A stretch of DNA of 64,000 nt, taken from the NCBI GenBank assembly GCA_963823335.1, contig CAWGLD010000004.1:68382-132381 (forward strand). The letters run 5' to 3'. The notes under the pieces were generated by a model, which saw only the letters and a program-made list of their open reading frames with translations, was not told the origin of the DNA and did not search any database. Position 1 is the stretch's first letter. Every line of letters starts with the position of its first letter. The position numbers were made by a program, and so were the translations under genes. The DNA comes from an uncultured delta proteobacterium. Its GTDB lineage: Bacteria; Desulfobacterota; Desulfobacteria; Desulfobacterales; B30-G6. Below, in pieces: positions 38,358 through 46,812 of this stretch.

Positions 38358-38522
38358 GAGTCAGGGTTTGAGGGGTGGAGGGGTGCGGCTTGCAGGATAA
38401 TAGACAATAAACTGTATATTACTAAACACCTAATAGTCTGCTGTCTACTACTTGTTGTCCGGGTATACCCTCCAACCCATCAAACCTCCAACCCTCCAAC
38501 CCTTCAATCCTCCAACCCTTCC
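38358..38522. repeat. long imperfect hairpin with octamer-unit arms (GGGTTNAN type)
   Basis: GAGTCAGGGTTTGAGGGGTGGAGGGGTGCGG (38358-38388) vs CCGGGTATACCCTCCAACCCATCAAACCTCCAACCCTCCAACCCTTCAATCCTCCAACCCTTCC (38459-38522); the right arm runs into the ispF 3' end (..EGLED*). Confidence 0.6.
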
Positions 38523-39004
38523 TTAAGCAGTGCCACACACATGGCACCAATCCCTTCGCCTTTTCCAAAACAACCAAGTCCCTCATGTGTCGTGGCCTTA
38601 ACATGCATACATGTGGCCGGAACCTCTAATGCATCGGCCATGTTCGACTGCATCTCATCCAAATAGGGTGCGAGCCTTGGTGACTCCGCTATGATAACGG
38701 CATCGGCATTCATAAGTGAAAAACCGTTCTTTTCCAAAAGACGCCCGGTCTTTCTCAACAAGTGAAGACTGGACACGTCTTTGTACTGCGGGTCTGTATC
38801 GGGAAAGAGCCGGCCGATATCTCCCAAATGTGCGGCTCCCAGCAATGCATCGATCACCGCATGAATCAGCACATCCGCATCTGAATGCCCCAGCAACCCT
38901 TTTCCATAGGGTATATCGACACCACCCAGTACCAGTTTTCTTCCCTGGGTCAATTGATGTACATCATAACCCATGCCGATTTTTATCACAGATAAAATCC
39001 TCAC
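38504..39004 (-). CDS. ispF: 2-C-methyl-D-erythritol 2,4-cyclodiphosphate synthase
   Basis: GMGYDVHQL, LLGHSDADVLIHA, ATTHEGLG motifs; GTG start overlapping the upstream TAG by 1 nt. Confidence 0.9.
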   Translation of the reverse strand: MRILSVIKIGMGYDVHQLTQGRKLVLGGVDIPYGKGLLGHSDADVLIHAVIDALLGAAHLGDIGRLFPDTDPQYKDVSSLHLLRKTGRLLEKNGFSLMNADAVIIAESPRLAPYLDEMQSNMADALEVPATCMHVKATTHEGLGCFGKGEGIGAMCVALLKEGLED

Positions 39005-39909
39005 TACTTAATTCCCGTAATATTGAAAATTTTTACAGGCTGGTATTTTCCTTTTGCATTAATAGGATTGAGTGCATCCATCGTAAATAACGCGTGGACT
39101 TCCTTGAGGGTATTTTCCGATATGATGATCTGCCCAGCTTTTGCGGCGGAACAAATTCTTGAAGCTGTGTTTACCGTATCTCCAATAACAGAATAATTCA
39201 TGGTTTGGGTTGAACCGATATAGCCGGCTACCAGACTCCCGGTGTTGATCCCGATGCCGATTTTGATTTCCTTCTGACCTCTTGCCCTCAAAGAAGTGTT
39301 GAAATTCACGAGTTCTCTTTGAATATCGATGGCTGCAAAGCATGCTCTGGCGGCATCGTCTTCATGGGTCACCGGGGCACCCCATATGACCATCATGGCA
39401 TCACCGATAAACTTGTCGACCGTGCCCTCATGCCGGAAGACGATATCCACGATTATTTCGTAGTGTTCGTTCAGTATTTGCAGTACTTCTGCAGCAGGGA
39501 TATCTTCGCTCATGGCTGTAAAATCGCGTATATCGACAAACATCACGGTGGCTGTACGATTTTCGCCACCCTTTTCAACGGTCAGGCTGCCGGAAACAAC
39601 CATCTCGGCCAGATCCGGAGAGAGTAAGCGCTGAAATCTCTCCCGGGTAGCTATCTCCTTGAGGCTCCGCTCTTCGGCTTTCTTTCTCTGATTGATGGTA
39701 AATTGCGCATGGGACCCGAAAATGACGAACAGGCAGATAACGATCAGACGCGGCCAGATATCATCAGCTCCGGCACCAAAAAGAATACTGCCGAAACTGT
39801 ATCCGTATGACCCAAACAACGACAGGATGGTATCCAGGATCCAGTATACGCCGGCGATACCCAAGCCGATCAGAACCATTTTATCTGTCAATCCGACGCG
39901 CATTTTCAT
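39004..39909 (-). CDS. membrane-anchored class III adenylate/guanylate cyclase
   Basis: Two or three N-terminal TM helices; CYCc core VMFVDIRDFT..., KFIGDAMMVIWGAP, GINTGSLVAGYIGS, SVIGDTVNTASR. Confidence 0.85.
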   Translation of the reverse strand: MKMRVGLTDKMVLIGLGIAGVYWILDTILSLFGSYGYSFGSILFGAGADDIWPRLIVICLFVIFGSHAQFTINQRKKAEERSLKEIATRERFQRLLSPDLAEMVVSGSLTVEKGGENRTATVMFVDIRDFTAMSEDIPAAEVLQILNEHYEIIVDIVFRHEGTVDKFIGDAMMVIWGAPVTHEDDAARACFAAIDIQRELVNFNTSLRARGQKEIKIGIGINTGSLVAGYIGSTQTMNYSVIGDTVNTASRICSAAKAGQIIISENTLKEVHALFTMDALNPINAKGKYQPVKIFNITGIK

Positions 39910-40135
39910 GCTTTCTCCAAATTTCGTAAAATGAATTTTTCATTTAAAGCAGATCTTATTTCTTTTTTCAAGCATGTTGCACCTTCTGCTTGTATGTGTT
40001 TTATTTCTTGACAAATACACCTATTTATGAGAAATATACTTTGTATATATTTATAGATAAAAGTTGTATATGTATATACCACCAAATGACAATTGCATAT
40101 AAAGTCATAAAATATCTTCACAACGGAGACCCCCC

Positions 40136-42019
40136 TTGGCCACGAAAGACGAAATTTCCTCCACAGAAAAGCTGCTGGGTCTGATTCGCCAAAAGGAAAA
40201 CAGGGTGGAACCCCCCGCGGAACCGGAACCTTCAAAAAAAAAGCAGCAGCCGACGCAGCCGACAATGCTTTCAACTGTCGTTCCCATGAGAAAAAAAACC
40301 AGCGTCGGTATCGATATCGGCTACCATGAACTCAAACTGGCCATGGTCAACCAGATATCTGACAAGCGTTACGAATTGATCGACTTTATCAGTATCCCCT
40401 ATGAAGACGATATCACATCCAGCAGTTCGAAGTTTCCTCAATTCTTACGCGATACCTTAAATGATTTCTGTGGCAAACATAGAAAAGCTGCTTTGTGGAA
40501 TGCCATATCGTCAGCCAAAGTCGAAACCCGAAATCTCAAAATCCCCAAAGTCTCCAAAAAACAGATTGACAATGCAACGTATTGGACCTTGAAAAAAGAT
40601 TTGTCTTTCAATGAAGACGAAATGGTTTTCGACTACGAAGTTCTCGGCGATGTCGTTGAGGACGGCATCAATAAAATTGAAGTAATGGCCTACATCGCTC
40701 CCCGGCAGGATATCACCCAGCAGAAAAATCTATTTGAAAAGATCGGTTTTCCCCTGACAGGTATCTCCATAGTTCCTTTTGCACTTCAGAATCTGTTTCG
40801 AACCGAGGTGGTTGACACCCTTGGAAAAGATATCTGCAGCCTGTTCATCGGAAGAGACTGGTCAAGAATCGTTATTTATTCCAACGGAAATCTCATCCTT
40901 TCAAGAGGTATCAAAGCCGGAATCCGTAGTATGATCGAAGCTGTTGCCCAAGAAATCAGCAAAAGCAAAATGGACATAGCCCAGCAATCGATTCAACCTT
41001 CCGAAAGCAGCATTTTCGGTATCGAAGAAGAGAGTTACATTCTGGACCTCGACGAAGCCCGGAAGATCTTCTTTGATCACATCACCAATGCTGAGCCGAT
41101 TCGGCTTGAGGAAACCGGTCATGTCCTCAGAGAGCACGATGTATTCGGCATGATTCAACCGGCGCTGGAGCGTCTTGTCAAACAGGTTGAGAGAACCTTG
41201 TCACATTATTATCTCCACTTTAACAAAGAACGTGTAAGCAAGGTCTATGTGTCCGGCCAGATGAGTGTCTACGAACGACTGTTCGTATTCATGAAAGAAC
41301 AGCTCGACATTCCCATCGATACCATGAATCCCTTTTCGATGAAATTAAACTATTTGGGCATTGCCACCATACCCGAAACCCTGTCAGAGAAAGAAGCTTT
41401 TGCTCCAGCCATTGGCATGGCTCTTTCCAATAATTCCCTGACATCAAATTTCATCTACACCTATAAAGACAAGCAACGATACGATAACGCACGCAAGGTT
41501 AACAGGGGCATATTCGCCAGTATTCTTGTTTTTCTGGCCATATGTTTCGGGCTGTTTCTGTGGGGTAACAACCTGATCGATCAGAAAAAATTGCAACTGG
41601 CAAAACTTCAGACAGAGGTTGAAAGTTTCAAACCCCTGGTCAATAAAAACCTCATCATCAATCTGGCAACAAAAACCCAGAATAAGCGTAAGGCCATCAA
41701 ACAACTCGGGGAAAAATATAAGGGCATAGCAATAATAAGTGAGATATCATCCATTACCCCATCCGAAATAAGGTTGCTCAGCATATCAGCCAATATGGGT
41801 CAAAAAAAACAACAAGATGGTCAACCACCCAGGCAACAGCTTGAGATGGAGGGGGTCGTCCTTGGTGACCGTCTTACATTTGAATCAATTCTGGCCGGAT
41901 ATATCGTCAAGCTGAAGGATTCGCCCATGTTTGGGACACCCAGCATTGAAAACAAGTCATTTAAATATCTCGACCACCAAGAAGTGTTGCTTTTTTCAGC
42001 TAAACTTGACCTGGTTTGA
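40136..42019 (+). CDS. type IV pilus assembly protein, PilM-like actin-fold ATPase domain fused to a PilN-like TM/coiled-coil part (MshI-like)
   Basis: PilM-type fold (VGIDIGYHELKLAMV...), a later TM helix (IFASILVFLAICFGLFLW) and a PilN-like C-terminus; TTG start 40136 after GGAG. Confidence 0.7.
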   Translation: MATKDEISSTEKLLGLIRQKENRVEPPAEPEPSKKKQQPTQPTMLSTVVPMRKKTSVGIDIGYHELKLAMVNQISDKRYELIDFISIPYEDDITSSSSKFPQFLRDTLNDFCGKHRKAALWNAISSAKVETRNLKIPKVSKKQIDNATYWTLKKDLSFNEDEMVFDYEVLGDVVEDGINKIEVMAYIAPRQDITQQKNLFEKIGFPLTGISIVPFALQNLFRTEVVDTLGKDICSLFIGRDWSRIVIYSNGNLILSRGIKAGIRSMIEAVAQEISKSKMDIAQQSIQPSESSIFGIEEESYILDLDEARKIFFDHITNAEPIRLEETGHVLREHDVFGMIQPALERLVKQVERTLSHYYLHFNKERVSKVYVSGQMSVYERLFVFMKEQLDIPIDTMNPFSMKLNYLGIATIPETLSEKEAFAPAIGMALSNNSLTSNFIYTYKDKQRYDNARKVNRGIFASILVFLAICFGLFLWGNNLIDQKKLQLAKLQTEVESFKPLVNKNLIINLATKTQNKRKAIKQLGEKYKGIAIISEISSITPSEIRLLSISANMGQKKQQDGQPPRQQLEMEGVVLGDRLTFESILAGYIVKLKDSPMFGTPSIENKSFKYLDHQEVLLFSAKLDLV

Positions 42020-42034
42020 AACGGCCGTTTGGGC

Positions 42035-42604
42035 ATGAAAGCAGGGTCGACAAACAAGATAATGGAAACATCAATGGCTATCAGTAAGCTGCCGACGAAA
42101 AATGTCATGGTCATCATTCTGTTCGGTGGGGGAATCATTTTTTTTGTGCTCCTGTCTATCTTTCCCAACTATATTGCCTACAGCAACATTGAAAATGAAA
42201 TCAATATGCTGAAAAGCCAGATCGAAGAGCAGAAAATCCTTTCCCCTATTTTTTCAGATTTGTCTAAGAAGGCGAGCTTTCAAGATCCGGAAAGCCTTCC
42301 TTTTCCTAAAAAAGAAAAATTATCTAAAAACGAGACCAGTAATATATCAGGCATCATTCAAGACATTATTCTGCTGAACGACTTTAAGCTCAACAGTATC
42401 TTAACCGATGTCGGTGGCTTGATGGATGGGTCTGGGATACTCAAAATAAATATTGAAATTTCTGGAGATTTCATGAATCTTCGGAACTTGATACTTCAAC
42501 TCGGGACCCTGCCCTATCTTGAGCACATTGAAAACATACGTATAGACAACACTACTGACAGACAACTGATCCTGTTGAAGCTCTGGGTCGCTCAAGAGGC
42601 ATAA
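42035..42604 (+). CDS. PilO/MshJ-like pilus assembly protein
   Basis: N-terminal TM, coiled coil, C-terminal alpha/beta domain; position after the MshI-like gene; start ATG 42035 (TTG 42029 possible). Confidence 0.55.
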   Translation: MKAGSTNKIMETSMAISKLPTKNVMVIILFGGGIIFFVLLSIFPNYIAYSNIENEINMLKSQIEEQKILSPIFSDLSKKASFQDPESLPFPKKEKLSKNETSNISGIIQDIILLNDFKLNSILTDVGGLMDGSGILKINIEISGDFMNLRNLILQLGTLPYLEHIENIRIDNTTDRQLILLKLWVAQEA

Positions 42605-42700
42605 AATTGTTTCATGCATTTGTGAAAGGCAAACAGCTGCTGCTTGTATTTAAAACAAGATACTGTCTTCTTGACCCCTTGGATTTTCGGACCCTGAATT

Positions 42701-43222
42701 ATGGCGAATAGAGAAAAAATTATTCTTCTGGTGATGATCATCGTTATCGCTTATGGCGGCTACACCTACTTTTCAAACCCCGGCGCCAAGACCATCATCG
42801 ATAATTCGAAACAAAATCTTTCGGAATTGAAAGATTTCGTCATAGGTGCCGCTACAAATCTTTCCAATGAAACCATATCAGCCGCCGACAGATATATCAT
42901 CGATCAGGCTGAAAAAGTATGGCCACAGGATCCTTTCCTGCAGGTCGGGACACGTCTCACATCCGAACCGTTTAAAGCCAGTGCCGAGGTCACGGTTCAA
43001 ACGGTTCAAATATCCTACACAGGATTTCTACAGACATCCGATGCGCTCATCGCCATCATCAATGGGACCGAGTATGAAACCGGCGATCAACTGAAGGAGA
43101 CAGGCTATTATGTTAAAAAGATATTGCCGGCCAAGATAGTCCTGGGGATTGAAAACAATCCCGACACCATTACCCTTCCATTGGATGAACCCGTTAACAT
43201 GTCATTGGAAGAAAAGGAATAA
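42701..43222 (+). CDS. MshK/PilP-like pilus assembly protein
   Basis: N-terminal TM; C-terminal ..ALIAIINGTEYETGDQLKETGYYVKKILPAKIVL.. motif typical of MshK/GspC-type secretin partners. Confidence 0.55.
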   Translation: MANREKIILLVMIIVIAYGGYTYFSNPGAKTIIDNSKQNLSELKDFVIGAATNLSNETISAADRYIIDQAEKVWPQDPFLQVGTRLTSEPFKASAEVTVQTVQISYTGFLQTSDALIAIINGTEYETGDQLKETGYYVKKILPAKIVLGIENNPDTITLPLDEPVNMSLEEKE

Positions 43223-43231
43223 GCGTTCAAA

Positions 43232-44815
43232 ATGAAAAGACAAATTACATATTCGTTTATCGTTCGATGGATGCTTTCTGTCATTTTCCTGATTTCTTTA
43301 TTTTCCGGCTGTGCGCATAAACAGGAGGAAACAGAGGCTGATCAGTTTTTCAAACAATGGAAAACGACTGCTGAAAAATCCAAAGGCTTTTCTCCTCAGT
43401 CACGAAAACGCACCATCAAACTGCCACCGCGTGTTCTGACCGTCCAAGAAGCTGAAAAAGAGAAATCAGACAAGGAAAAACCGCTTCCAACCAAGAAAAT
43501 TACCATGCGTATGCATCAAACCGATGTGAGCGTACTTCTGAGAGCTTTGACGCGCGCAGTCGGTATAAATCTGATTGTCAACGAAAACGTAAAAGGCACC
43601 GTCAACATCGATATCAAAGATGCTTCCTGGGATCAGGTTTTTCTGAGTATCCTCAATACCCAGGGTCTCTCTTATGCCTGGGATGGGGACATCATTCGTA
43701 TCGTGACCCCGGACGATATAAACAGAAATCTGGAACGCCTGACAACCGATCAGAAAATCAAGGCCCAGGAAAAAGACATGGAACTGGTGGAACCACTGAT
43801 TACCCAGGTCATTGAGGTTGAGTTTTCCGATGCCAACAAACTCAAAGAAAGTCTTTCCGTGTTCCTGTCAGGAAACAAGGAAGGTAAGCCCATCGGATCC
43901 GTCATGGTGGATGAACACACCAATTCTCTTATCATTCAAGCTATTTATAGCGATCTCGAAAGAATGGTTCCGTTGATTGTGGAACTTGACAAACCGACGC
44001 CGCAAATACTGATTGAGGCACATATTGTCCAGGCCACCAAAGATGCATCCATGGAACTCGGTATTCAGTGGGGCGGTCTCTATAACAACGGGGATGTCTG
44101 GGTCACACCGGGAGCGAATTCGACCGGTGTTCTCGGTAACCCCCTCTCAAATGGGGGTATCAATCCCACCTCCGGCAACGTCGCCAATTCGGGCGGCATC
44201 ATCAATCCATTTGAAGGAGCCACAGGTCTGACGCTTGGTTTTGCCCTCGAGGATATCGGTAACGGTATTCTGTCGGCCCAGCTGTCCGCGATGCAACGTG
44301 AAGGAAAGGTCAACATTCTTTCAAGCCCTTCCATTACAACACTTGACAACCAGAAGGCCATTATCGAAAGCGGGAAGGAAGTCCCCTATCAAACCGTAGA
44401 GAACGATGAAGTCAAAATTGAATACAAAAAGGCCGTACTGAGCCTTGAGGTAACCCCGCATGTCATCGGAGGCAATACCCTAAAACTCAATATCAATACC
44501 AGAAAGGACGAACTCGATTTTGTCAACTCCGTGGGAGGGAACCCCGCCATCAGGACCAAGAGTGCCGTCACCAATGTGCTTCTTTTCGATGGGCAGACCA
44601 CCGTTATCGGTGGTCTGAGCGAGGAAAATTCCGACAATACAGACAAAGGGGTGCCGTGGCTCAAAGACATACCGATTTTAGGTTATCTCTTTGCGGGGAA
44701 AAGATCCATCGACAGCCTCGATGAGGTACTGATTTTTATTACGCCCCATATCCTGGGTGAGCAGTTTGTTGACGAAGTGGATGATTCGTCAGCTGAAAGC
44801 ACGCCCGACTCCTGA
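43232..44815 (+). CDS. secretin (PilQ/MshL family), lipoprotein signal
   Basis: LFSGC lipobox; secretin N domains and C-domain (..VPWLKDIPILGYLF..VLIFITPHIL..). Confidence 0.88.
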   Translation: MKRQITYSFIVRWMLSVIFLISLFSGCAHKQEETEADQFFKQWKTTAEKSKGFSPQSRKRTIKLPPRVLTVQEAEKEKSDKEKPLPTKKITMRMHQTDVSVLLRALTRAVGINLIVNENVKGTVNIDIKDASWDQVFLSILNTQGLSYAWDGDIIRIVTPDDINRNLERLTTDQKIKAQEKDMELVEPLITQVIEVEFSDANKLKESLSVFLSGNKEGKPIGSVMVDEHTNSLIIQAIYSDLERMVPLIVELDKPTPQILIEAHIVQATKDASMELGIQWGGLYNNGDVWVTPGANSTGVLGNPLSNGGINPTSGNVANSGGIINPFEGATGLTLGFALEDIGNGILSAQLSAMQREGKVNILSSPSITTLDNQKAIIESGKEVPYQTVENDEVKIEYKKAVLSLEVTPHVIGGNTLKLNINTRKDELDFVNSVGGNPAIRTKSAVTNVLLFDGQTTVIGGLSEENSDNTDKGVPWLKDIPILGYLFAGKRSIDSLDEVLIFITPHILGEQFVDEVDDSSAESTPDS

Positions 44816-44822
44816 TAAGAAC

Positions 44823-46496
44823 ATGGACTACTTCAGTATTCTGAATTTAAATAAAGAACCTTTTTCCAATTCTCCGGACCCAGATTACTTTTTCAACTCC
44901 CAGCAGCATGTCAGCTGCCTACAGAAACTGGAATTGTCCTTGCGGCTCAGACGGGGGTTGAATGTGGTTATCGGGGAAGTCGGGACCGGGAAAACGACCC
45001 TCTGCCGCCAGCTTCTGCGACGGTTTTCCGATGACAGTGAAATCGAGTCACATCTAATCCTAGATCCCCATTTCAGCACGCCCCATGAGTTTCTGCTGGC
45101 CGTGACGGAAATGCTCACCCATGAAAAACACGCCGAAAATATCGATGACTACAAACTGAAAGAACACATCAAAAACACCCTTTTCACCAAAGGCGTCGAT
45201 GAAAACAAAACCGTTATTCTCATCATCGATGAAGGCCAGAAAATTCCGATCTTTTGTCTCGAATTACTGAGAGAGTTTCTCAATTTTGAAACAAACGATT
45301 ATAAATTGCTTCAGATCGCAATTTTTGCCCAGAGAGAATTTGACAATACTCTCAAAAAACATGCCAATTTCGCTGACCGGATAAATCTCTACCACCTGCT
45401 GAAGCCGATGAATTTCAGCGATACACGCGCCATGATCCAGTATCGTCTGAACCAGTCGAGCGCTGCGGCAAAACGACTTGCCCTGTTCACCTACCCTGCC
45501 CTGTGGGCTATTTACCGAGCCACGAATGGCTATCCGCGTAAAATTGTCAACATCTGCCACCGCAGCATTCTGACGATGATCATTCAGAATAAAAGCAAAG
45601 CCAACTGGTTTTTGGTTCAATCGTGCATACGAAGGGTCTTTTCTTCCGGGAAAAAACGATCATGGCAATTTGCAGCCATTCTCATTATTGTTCTCCTCGG
45701 TACCATCTTCACCATCCCTAGATGGCTTCCAAATCAGACCACAACACCCTTTTTAAAAGAAACCGAAGCTTCCAGAGAAACCGATACCGTGTCCATGAAC
45801 CCCGGGCCGGCAGCCCCACCCTTGACAAACGTTGGCTCGGATACCATCGTAACTTCCAATGCCAATGCGACTCCGCAAACAGATGTACCCGTCATGCCGG
45901 ACACGTCAAACCTGTCAGGAGACGTCCCTGAAACCCCGGATAGAGCCCAGCTGCAGGCTTCTGTCACCAGCGTTTCAGATGTGACACCTCCTGAAATACA
46001 CGAAGTCCCCGGAGTACTGGGACAAATTAAAGTCAAGCGGCATGAGACCCTCGGTGGACTCATCCAGACAATTTACGGGGCTTTCCACAAGACCCATCTC
46101 CAGTCTGTCCTCCGGATCAACCCGCACATAAAAAACCCGGACACCATCAGCATAGGTGAAGTGATCCTTTTCCCGGCCATTGCTTCCCATGTGGAAGAGC
46201 CGCCATTGAAACGATGGTGGGTTCAAATTGCCCAGGAGGATACCCTGGAAGCCGTTTTCATGTTTTTACGCCAGCACACCACCGTCGCTCTTTCCGCACG
46301 TCTGGTCCCACATTGGAACCGTTCTTCAGGACTTCAATTTTCAGTGCTTCTTAGCCAGCCTTTTTTTGATGAGGCTTCAGCTGTCAACAAGCTTGAACAT
46401 CTTCTTTCAAGCAGCGGTACAAAAGCAGGGATCGTTTCCGATTGGGACTCACACACTGTTTTTTATGCAAATCCTTATCAAAACACGAACACGTAA
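44823..46496 (+). CDS. ExeA/MshM-like AAA ATPase with TM segment and C-terminal LysM/SPOR-like peptidoglycan-binding region
   Basis: ..FSNSPDPDYFF..., GEVGTGKTT Walker A, IIDEGQ Walker B; C-terminal ..IKVKRHETLGGLIQTIYG..INPHIKNPDTISIGEVILFP.. LysM-like; start ATG 44823. Confidence 0.8.
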   Translation: MDYFSILNLNKEPFSNSPDPDYFFNSQQHVSCLQKLELSLRLRRGLNVVIGEVGTGKTTLCRQLLRRFSDDSEIESHLILDPHFSTPHEFLLAVTEMLTHEKHAENIDDYKLKEHIKNTLFTKGVDENKTVILIIDEGQKIPIFCLELLREFLNFETNDYKLLQIAIFAQREFDNTLKKHANFADRINLYHLLKPMNFSDTRAMIQYRLNQSSAAAKRLALFTYPALWAIYRATNGYPRKIVNICHRSILTMIIQNKSKANWFLVQSCIRRVFSSGKKRSWQFAAILIIVLLGTIFTIPRWLPNQTTTPFLKETEASRETDTVSMNPGPAAPPLTNVGSDTIVTSNANATPQTDVPVMPDTSNLSGDVPETPDRAQLQASVTSVSDVTPPEIHEVPGVLGQIKVKRHETLGGLIQTIYGAFHKTHLQSVLRINPHIKNPDTISIGEVILFPAIASHVEEPPLKRWWVQIAQEDTLEAVFMFLRQHTTVALSARLVPHWNRSSGLQFSVLLSQPFFDEASAVNKLEHLLSSSGTKAGIVSDWDSHTVFYANPYQNTNT

Positions 46497-46760
46497 AAGA
46501 AGGATTCAAGGATTCCAGGGGTCCAGGGTTCGAGTGAGATGAAGTGAGGCATCAGCTAAATGCTTAAAAATTGTAAAGAGTTAAAAGTTGTGGATTGGAA
46601 ACACAGACGATGATATCCGGTGTTTTGGATTATATGAACAAGAAAAAGCTTCAGGGATTAAGAGAGGAGCTTGGGGATGTAGAGAGAATGCTAAAAGCGA
46701 TGATCAAATCCCTGGAAAACAAACACTTCAATCCTTGAATCCTGGACTCCTTGAACCCTT
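46497..46760 (+). mobile_element. IVS-like palindromic element, family B (octamer arms) with a four-helix-bundle gene remnant
   Basis: Left arm AAGAAGGATTCAAGGATTCCAGGGGTCCAGGGTTCGAGTGAG (46497-46538) pairs imperfectly with CACTTCAATCCTTGAATCCTGGACTCCTTGAACCCTT (46724-46760). Confidence 0.7.
46568..46738 (+). pseudogene. 3' fragment of a four-helix-bundle (23S rRNA IVS protein family) gene
   Basis: The open frame reads ..ELKSCGLETQTMISGVLDYMNKKKLQGLREELGDVERMLKAMIKSLENKHFNP*, matching the last two helices of PF05635-type proteins; the N-terminal half is absent. Confidence 0.6.
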
Positions 46761-46812
46761 TCTCCCAACTTGTTGGGAGAAGAACTAAAGAATAAAACAA
46801 GCGAGATAAACT

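Noticed and set aside
46520-46540. GGTTCGAGT resembling a tRNA T-arm
   Set aside because: No acceptor, D or anticodon arms can be drawn. The sequence is part of the octamer-unit repeat arm.
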